Positions 9,245 to 18,586 of a DNA stretch of 64,000 nt are shown here, piece after piece. How positions within the stretch are numbered: the stretch's first letter is position 1; each line of letters starts with the position of its first letter. The translations under genes and the position numbers were made by a program. The notes under the pieces were generated by a model, which was not told the origin of the DNA, ran no database searches, and saw only the letters and a program-made list of their open reading frames with translations. The DNA is from Chlamydiota bacterium (GTDB lineage: Bacteria > Chlamydiota > Chlamydiia > Chlamydiales > SM23-39), in assembly GCA_038534095.1 (NCBI GenBank), contig JBCAXK010000003.1:1-64000 (forward strand). The letters run 5' to 3'.

Positions 9245-12073
9245 ATGCAAAAAGTGTTAAGAAATATTTTTGGCATTTACCCAGGGGAAGTGCTCTCTAC
9301 GTTCCGATTTGTAAAGTTTTCTGTATTCTGGGCCTTTTCCACCTCTTGTTTCGAAACGCTTGCAGATGGCCTTTTTCTTTGTCATGTAGGAGCCGACGGA
9401 CTGCCTTTTGTCTATTTTGTGATTGCGCTGGCGTTGATCTTATTTTCTTCCATTATTTTGTACCTTCTTCGGCTGACGAGCCCTTACCGGATTCTTTGCA
9501 AAACGCTCACTCTTTTCTTGATCGCTTCGGGCTTTCTTTTGCTCCTTTTTTCCTATCACGAGCTGACCAGCCTTCCAAACACATTTTGGTATTTGCTGAA
9601 AATCTATTCTAGAATTTTCTTTGCAGTTTTCTTGGCTCTTGGCTGGACATTCATCGATGAATACCACGACCTACAAGATGCAAAACGGGTCTACTCTTTG
9701 TATAGCGCAGCCTATTTCATGGGTCTTATCCTCTCAGGAACGTGCATTCATCTATTTTTAGATGTTTTAGGGCAAAGAACCTTTTTTACTTTTAGCGCTA
9801 TTTCTGTTTTTTTTGCTTTAAAAGAGGCAAGACGGATCAACGCCAATGTCCCTGTTGTGGAAGACGACGGCATTGAAGGGGCTTTTTCTGGCGATCGGCA
9901 CTCCCTGTCATCCATGGTACAAAAACTCCTTGGCTCCCCCTACACCATCGCTCTTTTAGCTCTTAGCCTTCTCCAGGCCTTTACCCTCACTACAACAGAA
10001 TTTAACTACATGGAAACCTTTGAAACGGCGTTTCAACAAGGGACTTTGCAAAAAACATTTACCGCAAGCAATCTGTCTGAATTTTTAGGGAAATGGCGGG
10101 CTTGGATCTCCTTTTCTAATGTGCTCATCGGAGGTTTTCTCTACAGACCCTTTGTAAAAAAATTTGGCCTCACGAACGTTGTGCTGATCCCTTCTCTTTT
10201 CTTCTTTTTTCTGTATCTCACCTGGACGTTTCACGATTCTTTACCGATCGCAATTTTGGGTTTGATCGCCGTTGATGGAATTTCTTTTACGATTGAAGAC
10301 AACAATTTCAATCTACTAACAAAAGCGGTCCCTTCAAAACTGAAGTCTAAAGTGCGTATTGTCAATGACTCATTTTTTGAGCCCATTGGGATGATGATCT
10401 CTTCTGTGTTGCTTTTATCCTTGCCCTTGTACCAAAGCCGCGCTTTTGGTCTTGTTCTCTCAGTCTTTTTGATCATTGCTAGTTTTTTGGTGCGCGCTCT
10501 TTACTCCAAAGCGCTTTTTACCAACTTAAAAGAGCATACTCTCCGATTTAAAAAAACTCTTCTAGACTGGACTTCTTCTTGGACAAAACGGGAAAAGCGG
10601 CTAGCAAAAGAAGCGATTGTTCAAAAGCTCCAATCCCCAAAAGAGTCGGATAAACTTCTTGCCATTAGAACCATTTTAGCGCTCAAAAAAGAGGACCTAG
10701 TTGGCGTGATTTCTGAGGAAATGAGCGGTTTTACTGATCTTGGAAAAACGACTCTATTGACTCTACTCGATAACTCTTTTTGCGCCTCTGATCAGAACAT
10801 CTTAAGGAAAATTGCCTCTTGGGCAGACTGTTTATCAAGGGTAGAATTTCAACAACACGCCTATTTCTACCTAGCAAAACGTAAGCTTCTCTCTCCCGAA
10901 AAGGTGCTACATCACCTCGATGCGCACCACCCGTTATGGATTCGCGCTTCTGCTATTTTGACCCTAAAGAAAACCCCTGATTGCGACTCCTTGGATAAAC
11001 TCGCTCTTCATAGAACCATTGCCGATCGGGAACTGCACCTTCTTTTAAGCGACCCTGATCCTACAGAAGTGTTGATGGGACTTCGGTTGCTTAGGGAAAC
11101 TCCTTCCGTAGAATCTGCGCAAAAAGCCTTGACCCTTTTTTCACACGCCAAACTCGAAATACGTAGAGAAGCGGCGCACGTGATGGCAAAGGTTAGCGAT
11201 CCTTCGATGTACTTCTTGGCTCCAAAAATTCTTGCGCTTCTGCAAGAGGAGACCGATTCTAAAACCCGTCTTTACTGCTTGGAATCCTTAGGCAAGTTTT
11301 CCGATTCATCGATCGTAAAAGAGATTCTCTTAAAAACAGTCCACTTTCGTCCCGTTGAAAAAAGGCTTACAGAAAAAATCATTGCCAATATGGGACTAAA
11401 AAATGTGCCTTTGATTCTCTCAGTACTCAAAGATGTGCAAGCACATGACAAACCAAGAATTTTAGCGAGCAAAATTTTAGCCAGGCTTTCCCCAGCGCAG
11501 CTTCACGCCCACTTAGACGCCATTTTGCATGTGGAAAAAGAACGGGCCTACTTTTATTTTTACTATGGGCATACTGTACAAACATCCTACCCCGACATCC
11601 CCTTAAAAGACCTCACTCAAACCCTCCTGACCAGCTTTCAATCGGCGATTGACTTCATTATCCATCTTTTGGCGGCTGTAGGTCAGGTGGAAGATCCCGA
11701 GCTACTTGTCTTATCTCTACACAGCAAAAATGCAAAAGTCCATAGTAGCGCGATCGAAGCGCTAGAAACTACTTGCTCTCCGAGCGTATTTTCCTGGATT
11801 CTTCCTCTGATTGAGGATTTACCTTTTGAAGAAAAATTGAACGCTTACAAAAAGTATGCGACAAAAGATCGGAAGCTCACTCTTCCCCATATTTTGCAAA
11901 AATTACAAACCTCGCCTTCTACATTTGACAGGATTGTTGCTGCAAAATTGAAAGCTCTTGTGAAAACTCCTGGATGGGAAAAAGAGCTTTTACAAGAACT
12001 AAAAACCTGTGATGAAAATTTCCACCACTTTGCGTACGAGTTATTAGAAAATGAAACAGCTCACTCTTATTGA
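9245..12073 (+). CDS. NTT/MFS-like multi-TM transporter domain fused to HEAT repeats (CT234-like)
   Basis: About 12 TM segments in the N-terminal half (AKRVYSLY...G, K.K.R...D.FFEP.G) and HEAT-like helical repeats in the C-terminal half; lies upstream of the cNMP gene and acpP. Confidence 0.82.
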   Translation: MQKVLRNIFGIYPGEVLSTFRFVKFSVFWAFSTSCFETLADGLFLCHVGADGLPFVYFVIALALILFSSIILYLLRLTSPYRILCKTLTLFLIASGFLLLLFSYHELTSLPNTFWYLLKIYSRIFFAVFLALGWTFIDEYHDLQDAKRVYSLYSAAYFMGLILSGTCIHLFLDVLGQRTFFTFSAISVFFALKEARRINANVPVVEDDGIEGAFSGDRHSLSSMVQKLLGSPYTIALLALSLLQAFTLTTTEFNYMETFETAFQQGTLQKTFTASNLSEFLGKWRAWISFSNVLIGGFLYRPFVKKFGLTNVVLIPSLFFFFLYLTWTFHDSLPIAILGLIAVDGISFTIEDNNFNLLTKAVPSKLKSKVRIVNDSFFEPIGMMISSVLLLSLPLYQSRAFGLVLSVFLIIASFLVRALYSKALFTNLKEHTLRFKKTLLDWTSSWTKREKRLAKEAIVQKLQSPKESDKLLAIRTILALKKEDLVGVISEEMSGFTDLGKTTLLTLLDNSFCASDQNILRKIASWADCLSRVEFQQHAYFYLAKRKLLSPEKVLHHLDAHHPLWIRASAILTLKKTPDCDSLDKLALHRTIADRELHLLLSDPDPTEVLMGLRLLRETPSVESAQKALTLFSHAKLEIRREAAHVMAKVSDPSMYFLAPKILALLQEETDSKTRLYCLESLGKFSDSSIVKEILLKTVHFRPVEKRLTEKIIANMGLKNVPLILSVLKDVQAHDKPRILASKILARLSPAQLHAHLDAILHVEKERAYFYFYYGHTVQTSYPDIPLKDLTQTLLTSFQSAIDFIIHLLAAVGQVEDPELLVLSLHSKNAKVHSSAIEALETTCSPSVFSWILPLIEDLPFEEKLNAYKKYATKDRKLTLPHILQKLQTSPSTFDRIVAAKLKALVKTPGWEKELLQELKTCDENFHHFAYELLENETAHSY

Positions 12074-12467
12074 AAAAGCATTCTTTTTAAAAAAAGTAAA
12101 AATTTTTGAAGATCTCGATCTCGATTTTCTTCTATCGATTTCCGATAAAGTGCATCAAGACGAGTACGACAAAAATGAGCCCGTTTTTTTAGAAAAACAA
12201 ATTGGCCACTCTCTCTATCTGATTGCAAAAGGATCTGTGGAGCTCATCAAGGGCGCCGTAAGGAGGCGCCACTTAAAGGTGGGGGATTTTTTTGGCGATG
12301 AGTCTCTCTTTAACGAACGTCCCCGCGCTTACGCAGCTGCGTGTACAACAGATACTCTTCTTTTGATTCTATCTCGATCGGATCTAATGAGCATCATTTC
12401 TGAGTGTCCCAATGTAGCGGTACAACTTTTAAAACACTATACAGAGATTTTCCATACAGCAAGATGA
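12051..12467 (+). CDS. Stand-alone cyclic-nucleotide-binding domain protein (CT235-like)
   Basis: LYLIAKGSVEL and phosphate-binding cassette GDFFGDESLFNERPRAYAA; no HTH. Overlaps the upstream gene by 23 nt. Confidence 0.9.
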   Translation: MKQLTLIEKAFFLKKVKIFEDLDLDFLLSISDKVHQDEYDKNEPVFLEKQIGHSLYLIAKGSVELIKGAVRRRHLKVGDFFGDESLFNERPRAYAAACTTDTLLLILSRSDLMSIISECPNVAVQLLKHYTEIFHTAR

Positions 12468-13693
12468 ATATTCGAACCCGTTTTTTCCTCTTTTTGATCC
12501 CCGCTACATTCTTTAGCCATATTTTTATCGCTACTTGCATGTACCAAACGTGGAGCCTTGAAGTCCAAAAGCAGTTTGAAAAACGTTTCAGCGCCGCTTT
12601 AGAGGAAAAAGATGCCCTGTCAACAAGCGAACTTGCGCAGGCTTTAGATAAAGACTTTTTCCTAAAAACGCTCCGGGTGATCCCCAATATCCCTCCTGCT
12701 TTCCATCGGATTCACTTCAAAACTTCTTACTACCATGAAACGGTATTTGCGTACCTACCTCCCACAAAGATGCGAAGCGCTATTCAGGTCGATTTAGCAG
12801 CAAAAGAACTCTTTTCCGAACTAAAATCTGGGATTTTTTGGACAGCGACTGCCGCTCTTATGAGCATGGGAATCAGTCTTTGCGGCCTGTTTCTTGCTAC
12901 AAGAAAAATTACCGCTCCGATAGAAGATCTTAAGAAAGCAGCTCTTGCGATCGCAGCTGGTGACTACGGACAAAACATCTCTGTCAAAGGCCCCAAAGAA
13001 ATTCAAGAACTATCAAACACGCTAAGCGTAATGAGTGAATGTTTGTATGAAAATAGTCAGCGCCATAAAGAATCCTTATTGGAAAAGCCGCTTGCTAGTT
13101 ACGAAGAAACCTCAGCACGGCACCTCCAAAAAATGATGTTTTCCATGAGAGCCAAAGACTCTAATTCGGACAAAATTTCGATCAAAACGTTAGCGCTCCA
13201 CTCTCTTCAGCCCAAAGGTCTTCTTTTGGAGCTATGTGACTCGCCTGGGGCCCCCTTACAGCTTTCCCTGTTTGAAGCTAACCAAGCAGGGCTAGCTGGG
13301 ATGTACGATCTGTTGACCAATCATAAAACCAATCAAGAGAGCTTTCCCCAAATCAGCGCCTCGCTAGATGCGCGCTCCGAACTATTTTCCTACCAAACAA
13401 AACAATTTCCTACCCCTTTCCTTTGGTCTTTTCGGGAGAAAACCTTCTTCCCTTTAAAAGAAGACTGTACCAAAGTGGATTGCGGAGACTGTATTTTTCT
13501 TTATACGCCTTCTCTTTTCTCTCTGTACAAAACAGAAAAAGAAATGCAAAAACATCTTGGTAAGGTCCTGAAATTTTTTGCAGAAGAAGGGCTCGACCCC
13601 CTTTCAAAAATGCTGTACAAAGAAATCCATTTTTTCGCAAAAAAACAGGATTTTGATGAAGATATTCACCTTCTTTTCTTTCAAATTTTGTAA
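12464..13693 (+). CDS. Membrane HAMP-domain protein with a degenerate SpoIIE/PP2C (RsbU-like) domain
   Basis: Two TMs, HAMP (ITAPIEDLKKAALAIAAGDY...KEIQELS), then ARHLQ, GDCIFLYTPSL and DEDIHLL. ATGA overlap at 12464-12467. Confidence 0.8.
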   Translation: MNIRTRFFLFLIPATFFSHIFIATCMYQTWSLEVQKQFEKRFSAALEEKDALSTSELAQALDKDFFLKTLRVIPNIPPAFHRIHFKTSYYHETVFAYLPPTKMRSAIQVDLAAKELFSELKSGIFWTATAALMSMGISLCGLFLATRKITAPIEDLKKAALAIAAGDYGQNISVKGPKEIQELSNTLSVMSECLYENSQRHKESLLEKPLASYEETSARHLQKMMFSMRAKDSNSDKISIKTLALHSLQPKGLLLELCDSPGAPLQLSLFEANQAGLAGMYDLLTNHKTNQESFPQISASLDARSELFSYQTKQFPTPFLWSFREKTFFPLKEDCTKVDCGDCIFLYTPSLFSLYKTEKEMQKHLGKVLKFFAEEGLDPLSKMLYKEIHFFAKKQDFDEDIHLLFFQIL

Positions 13694-13700
13694 ATTTTTT

Positions 13701-13729
13701 TTGTGATAAAAATTTTTACGTAGTATAAC
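13701..13729 (+). promoter_or_regulatory. Putative sigma66/70 promoter
   Basis: TTGTGA-N17-TATAAC upstream of ATG 13775. Confidence 0.5.
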
Positions 13730-13774
13730 TTCTTCACGTTTTCACCACCTTGCAATAGAATTTTAGGAGAATTT

Positions 13775-14518
13775 ATGGACCTTGGCCACGAGCAATTCAC
13801 GACCATCCAAGAACAGCACCGATCTTATGAAATAGAGCCGCATCTGCTGAGCTCCCGAGTGGCAGTAAAATATGGTCGGATTATTCCTTTAGATATCCAC
13901 CATCGGAGATATGCCAAGGAGATTGTGAAGATTTTGGGTGGCGGTTTTGAGTGGGAAGATCTAGGAAGTATTTTTCTACAATGTTACACATTTTTAGAAG
14001 AATTTCCATTACTGTCGAATGAAATGCGCTCCGACGCAGCGATTGCCATTTTTCAGTATGTGATCGATTATACAGATTCAGGCTACAGGCCCTATGAGAT
14101 GAACAAGGTGCTGCTGAAGAATATGCTCACCCCATTTATTCGATGGCTTTCTCCAGACAATTTGAATCGCCTTGTTCCTGAAAGCACCATCGAAGGAGCT
14201 CCTACAGACGCAGATATTGTGGCTTATGAGTCCCAGGTTCTGCGTCCTTTCAAAGGGAAGTTTGACTGGTTTAGCCTATCGACAGTTGTCTATTACACAA
14301 CAAATTACGTATCGCAATTTCGCTCGCTTAGCTATGAGGATAAGTGCCGATTATGCTACCGAATTGTCGCCTTTGCTATCGAAAAAATGGACGCTCCCTA
14401 CGTTTTAGAGCACTTTGCGGATGATATTTTCAATCGATTTTCACAGCCGATCATGCGTGAGTTGATTAGAAAAATGCATAAAGAGAGCTCCCGTCATCCG
14501 CGCAATTTCCCTAATTAG
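13775..14518 (+). CDS. Hypothetical protein with a tandemly duplicated helical domain
   Basis: AGGAG SD. Residues ~46-125 align with ~151-230 (offset 105). Confidence 0.8.
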   Translation: MDLGHEQFTTIQEQHRSYEIEPHLLSSRVAVKYGRIIPLDIHHRRYAKEIVKILGGGFEWEDLGSIFLQCYTFLEEFPLLSNEMRSDAAIAIFQYVIDYTDSGYRPYEMNKVLLKNMLTPFIRWLSPDNLNRLVPESTIEGAPTDADIVAYESQVLRPFKGKFDWFSLSTVVYYTTNYVSQFRSLSYEDKCRLCYRIVAFAIEKMDAPYVLEHFADDIFNRFSQPIMRELIRKMHKESSRHPRNFPN

Positions 14519-14591
14519 GGCTCTTGTAAAAGGGAATCGATGTGGGTTAGATCTTCTCCTGACGTGAAGAGTGGATTGCAAATCGAGAGGT

Positions 14592-14623
14592 AAGAAAGGC
14601 TAGCTTACATGCCAGCCTTTCTT
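14592..14623. terminator. Probable bidirectional intrinsic terminator
   Basis: AAGAAAGGCTAGC-ttacat-GCCAGCCTTTCTT between convergent genes. Confidence 0.7.
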
Positions 14624-14634
14624 CTAAGAGCTTT

Positions 14635-14871
14635 CTAACCTGCTTTCTTTTGTTTGATGTACTCAATTACGTCACCTACTGTTTTGAGCTTTTCAGAATC
14701 TTCTTCCGAAATAGCAAACCCAAAGTGTTGTTCAAATGTCATGATGAGCTCTGTAGAATCCAAAGAGTCGGCGTTCAAATCCTCGACAAAAGATTTTTCT
14801 GGAGTCACCTCTTCTTCCTTGACGCCCAGCTGTTCTACAATAATTTCTACGACTTCTTTTTCAATAGACAT
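14635..14871 (-). CDS. acpP: Acyl carrier protein
   Basis: DLNADSLD phosphopantetheine site; acidic 78 aa; end of the fab operon. Confidence 0.97.
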   Translation of the reverse strand: MSIEKEVVEIIVEQLGVKEEEVTPEKSFVEDLNADSLDSTELIMTFEQHFGFAISEEDSEKLKTVGDVIEYIKQKKAG

Positions 14872-14905
14872 AATTATTCCTTTGTTGTTCCTAAATTAAT
14901 GCGCA

Positions 14906-15691
14906 TTACATCACCATCCCCCCATCAACATGGAGAGTTTGTCCTGTGATATAGCCAGAAAGAACATCGGATGCCAAAAACAGGGCAGCCTTTGCTACAT
15001 CATCAGGCGATCCAAATGTGCGCATGGGAATCTTTTCTTTAATGAGTTGGATCGTTTTTTCTGGTAGTGAACCGGTCATTCTCGTTGTGATGAATCCTGG
15101 AGCGATCGCATTCGCTCGCAATCCTCGTTTTGCGATTTCTTTTGCAAGAGATTGGGTAAATCCGATAACGCCCGCTTTTGACGCTGCGTAGTTAGCTTGT
15201 CCCGGGTTCCCAATCCTGCCAATCACAGAGGAGATATTGACAATCGAGCCCTTCCTTTTTTTGAGCATTGCCGGTAAAAAGGCTTTGCAAACAAGGAAAA
15301 CCCCTTTTAAATTCACAGCAACCACATCATCAAAATCCTTTTCTGGCATACGGATCAAAAGATTGTCCCGCGTAATGCCTGCGTTATTGATCAAAAGATT
15401 GACGCTAAAACCCTTTCCTTCTATCTCTTTTTGCACCCTTTCCACATCTTTAGCAGAAGAAACATCTCCTAAAAAGTAGTCACATTGTTGCTCTTGTAAG
15501 TGGGCCGTTTTTTTGAGTAGTTCCGCCGTATTTTGCGCATTTTTTTCATTGGTTCCCATAATGAGGACATGGGCGCCATGTAGGGCAAACAAACGAGCCA
15601 CTTCTTGGCCAATGCCCGATGTGCCTCCTGTAATGAATGCAACCTGATCCTTTAAATAGGATGTTTTTTCATTGTACATAGACTTTTTCAA
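14906..15691 (-). CDS. fabG: 3-oxoacyl-ACP reductase (start uncertain)
   Basis: TGGTSGIG, NNAGITRD, YAASK and VDGGM. Confidence 0.96.
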   Translation of the reverse strand: MKKSMYNEKTSYLKDQVAFITGGTSGIGQEVARLFALHGAHVLIMGTNEKNAQNTAELLKKTAHLQEQQCDYFLGDVSSAKDVERVQKEIEGKGFSVNLLINNAGITRDNLLIRMPEKDFDDVVAVNLKGVFLVCKAFLPAMLKKRKGSIVNISSVIGRIGNPGQANYAASKAGVIGFTQSLAKEIAKRGLRANAIAPGFITTRMTGSLPEKTIQLIKEKIPMRTFGSPDDVAKAALFLASDVLSGYITGQTLHVDGGMVM

Positions 15692-16568
15692 GGACCTCGC
15701 CGATTTGTGATTCTTCTTGGACAGAGTAGGTGCGCAGCACGCCCATTTTTCCGTTCATAGCACTAAGCTTTTTACCAGGTCCCACCTCAATCCAGGTATG
15801 GATCTCCTTTTTGAGGGATTGGATGATCTTTGTCCAACGGACAGGAGAGGTCACCTGATCAATCAGGTACTCTTTGATCAATGAAGCTGAGGAAACCTCT
15901 TGCCCAGGAACGTTCATAAAGAGGCGACAAGCAGGTTTTTGAAAAGACAATCCGTCAATGTAAGCAATCAGCCCCTCCCGTGCCTTCTCCATAAAAGGAG
16001 AGTGAAAGGCGCCTTCCACAGATAAAGGGATGGTTTTTGCCCCTTGAGCCGATAGAAGTGCTTGCGCATCTTTCAAGCCAGAAAAGCTTCCTGCAAGAAC
16101 CGTTTGTAGCGGAGTATTGTAATTGGCAATCGAAACATCTTCACAAGGGGCAATGATTCTTGCAATTTCTTCTGGGTCCATACCGATGACAGCGCTCATC
16201 GATCCAGGGTTTTCTTCGCACGCTGCCTCCATCAAAGAGGCTCTTTGTTTAATAAGCTGAAAGGTCTCTTCAAAAGAGAGACACGAAGCTGCGTAAAGAG
16301 CGGTATACTCTCCCAAGCTCAGCCCAGCTACAACCGATGGGAAGCAGGTTTCTTTCAAACGGTCGACAAGAGAGGCGCTTACAAGAAAAATAGCGAGCTG
16401 ACTCCAACGGGTTTTTTTTAACACATCTTCTGGACCTTCGGCTAGAAGGGTAAAAAACTGCTCACCAAGCTCTTTTTTTACGTAAGCAGATTTCTCGTCG
16501 TCGCATAGTCCCCGATCCATACCAACGCTTTGAGCCCCTTGTCCTGGAAAAATCATCGCAATGTTCAT
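15669..16568 (-). CDS. fabD: Malonyl-CoA:ACP transacylase
   Basis: FPGQGAQ, GLSLGEY, AFHS and EVGPG. Start at ATG 16568 overlapping the fabH stop. Confidence 0.96.
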   Translation of the reverse strand: MNIAMIFPGQGAQSVGMDRGLCDDEKSAYVKKELGEQFFTLLAEGPEDVLKKTRWSQLAIFLVSASLVDRLKETCFPSVVAGLSLGEYTALYAASCLSFEETFQLIKQRASLMEAACEENPGSMSAVIGMDPEEIARIIAPCEDVSIANYNTPLQTVLAGSFSGLKDAQALLSAQGAKTIPLSVEGAFHSPFMEKAREGLIAYIDGLSFQKPACRLFMNVPGQEVSSASLIKEYLIDQVTSPVRWTKIIQSLKKEIHTWIEVGPGKKLSAMNGKMGVLRTYSVQEESQIGEVLEKVYVQ

Positions 16569-17572
16569 AATACCGTATCTTTTTCCATAGTAAGAACGCA
16601 AGACCCCCAGGTGAATCCTGCGCCAAAAGCTGTTAATAATAGATGATTCCCCTCCTCCACAAGCTCCTTAGCCAAAAGCTCACTTAACGCAATACCTACA
16701 GAAGCGCAGGAAGTATTGCCATACTTGCGCAGAACCTGGTAAATTCTTTCTTTTGGAAGGTGAGTAAACCGTTTTGCAATTGCATGAATGATGCGCATAT
16801 TGGCCTGATGGGGCACAAGCCAGTTCACATCTTCTTCTCTAAGACCTGCCTTTGATAGGCATTCTTTTGAAGAAGATTCCATCCGAAGAACGGCATGTTT
16901 GAAAACTTCGCTTCCTGCCATTTGGACATAATGCATATTTTGCGCTAGCGTCTCAGGGCTAGCAGGATTTCTGCACCCCCCACCTGGCATCTTCAAAAGG
17001 TGCGATTGCGCGCCATCTGATCCAAGGCAAAGACTTTTGATGGAAAGACCTTTAGGATCTCCTGAGACCACGCACGCCGAGCTACCGTCTCCAAACAGCA
17101 CGCATGTGGAGCGATCTTCATAATTGACAATGGATGACAACTTTTCTGAAGCAACTACCAAAACGCACGATTTTTCCCCCGATTCGATCAACGCCTTTGC
17201 GATGGATAACGCGTAAATGTACCCCGTACACGCAGCTTGAATATCCAACGCAGTGATATTGCCTGCTCCTAATAGGTCTTGAAGCAAACAAGCTGTGCTA
17301 GGAAAAATGTAATCAGGAGTCAAAGTAGATACAAGGATGCAATCAAGATCACCTGCAGAGATACCGGCATTCTTCATCGCTTCCTCAGCTGCCATTTTTC
17401 CCATTTGCGAGGTGAACTCGTCTTTTTCGGCAATTCTCCGTTCTTCAATTCCTGTGCGAGTGCGAATCCACTCATCGGAGGTGTCGACCATTTTTTCCAA
17501 ATCAGCGTTAGTAAGTACCTTTTTAGGAAGATATTTTCCTGTGCCAATGATATGCGCTTTTTTTCTCAACAA
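16565..17572 (-). CDS. fabH: Beta-ketoacyl-ACP synthase III
   Basis: AACTG, LFGDG, PHQAN and YGNTS give the Cys-His-Asn triad. Confidence 0.97.
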   Translation of the reverse strand: MLRKKAHIIGTGKYLPKKVLTNADLEKMVDTSDEWIRTRTGIEERRIAEKDEFTSQMGKMAAEEAMKNAGISAGDLDCILVSTLTPDYIFPSTACLLQDLLGAGNITALDIQAACTGYIYALSIAKALIESGEKSCVLVVASEKLSSIVNYEDRSTCVLFGDGSSACVVSGDPKGLSIKSLCLGSDGAQSHLLKMPGGGCRNPASPETLAQNMHYVQMAGSEVFKHAVLRMESSSKECLSKAGLREEDVNWLVPHQANMRIIHAIAKRFTHLPKERIYQVLRKYGNTSCASVGIALSELLAKELVEEGNHLLLTAFGAGFTWGSCVLTMEKDTVL

Positions 17573-17611
17573 TGGGAAGCCCTTTCAAATTACGAATTTT
17601 TTCTAAGTAAG

Positions 17612-17640
17612 CCTTTAGCAAAATGTATCCTTTAGCAAAA
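17612..17640. repeat. 12-bp direct repeat upstream of fabH
   Basis: CCTTTAGCAAAA at 17612-17623 and 17629-17640. Confidence 0.75.
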
Positions 17641-17644
17641 ATTT

Positions 17645-17742
17645 GCCGCAGCTTTTTCAAACAAAAGCGGCTTAGGCGGAGCCAGTCTAACGGTTGGACG
17701 GCTCTCCTAAAATTCGGTGTTTGAGGTTGAAAGCACAAACAC
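17645..17742. other. Three adjacent hairpins (candidate structured RNA or cis-element)
   Basis: Inverted repeats at 17645-17671, 17672-17710 (TTAGG..GAGCC.GTCTAAC/GTTGGAC.GGCTC.CCTAA) and 17717-17742 (GTGTTTG/CAAACAC). Confidence 0.5.
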
Positions 17743-17841
17743 TTGCCCACAAGAAATTTTGCAAAGGCTCTCAGGATAATGTTTTCATTTTACGAAAAAA
17801 TGGTTAAAAATAAAATGGTTTTGAAGATCTTTGGAGAGTCG

Positions 17842-18438
17842 ATGCAAAAATACCCTCTGTTTTTAGAAAAACTATTACGTTATTTACAAAAAATGCCAGG
17901 GGTGGGCAGAAAAACTGCTGAGCGCTTCGCCTTTGAAATGACCCAGTGGGAAAAAGCAGAATTGGCCAATTTTGCTCAGGTTGTTAGTGACGTAACAACC
18001 TCCCTTTCCTTCTGCAGCGATTGCGGCGCCTTGCAAGAAACTACGTGCCCTTTTTGCTCAGGGAAAAACAGAGACCCCCACCGTTTGTGCGTTGTTGCCT
18101 CTCCAAGAGATGTGTTCTTTATTGAGGAGAGCGGATCTTTTCATGGGTATTACCATGTGATTGAACGGCTTTTATCCCCTTTAGAGGGGGTGGATGCTCG
18201 TTATTTGCGCCTAGAAGCTTTGGAGAGACGCCTTACAAACACGCCGATACAAGAAGTGATTTTTGCGATAGAATCTACCGTCGAAGGGGACGCAACAACT
18301 CTCTTTTTGAAACAACACTTACAAAAATTTTCCGTAACCACTTCTCGCCTTGCTATGGGAATTCCTTTAGGATTGCGATTAGAATATGCCGACGGGGGAA
18401 CCCTTGCCCGGGCGTTGTCACAAAGACAAGAAGTGTAG
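17842..18438 (+). CDS. recR: Recombination mediator RecR
   Basis: PGVGRKTAER HhH, C4 zinc finger, Toprim EGDAT and LAMGIPLG. Start at ATG 17842. Confidence 0.96.
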   Translation: MQKYPLFLEKLLRYLQKMPGVGRKTAERFAFEMTQWEKAELANFAQVVSDVTTSLSFCSDCGALQETTCPFCSGKNRDPHRLCVVASPRDVFFIEESGSFHGYYHVIERLLSPLEGVDARYLRLEALERRLTNTPIQEVIFAIESTVEGDATTLFLKQHLQKFSVTTSRLAMGIPLGLRLEYADGGTLARALSQRQEV

Positions 18439-18513
18439 AAAAAGGTAGCTTTCTAACGATCGCAAGAACAAGCGATCCCTTTTCTGCGGGGAAATTTTTC
18501 GATAGACGCTCTA

Positions 18514-18543
18514 TTGCAATTATTCCGAATGTTCTCTTATAAT
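18514..18543 (+). promoter_or_regulatory. Putative sigma66/70 promoter of bamA-skp-lpxD
   Basis: TTGCAA-N18-TATAAT. Confidence 0.5.
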
Positions 18544-18586
18544 TTAATTGTTCGAGTGTTCTCAATCCTATACGATCACAAGCCAC

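Noticed and set aside
16310..16330. FabD GLSLG instead of GHSLG
   Set aside because: The catalytic Ser is retained and I recall this variant in chlamydial FabD.
17645..17742. SRP RNA (ffs), suggested by proximity to recR
   Set aside because: The CAGG...GGAA...AGCAG domain IV motif is absent.
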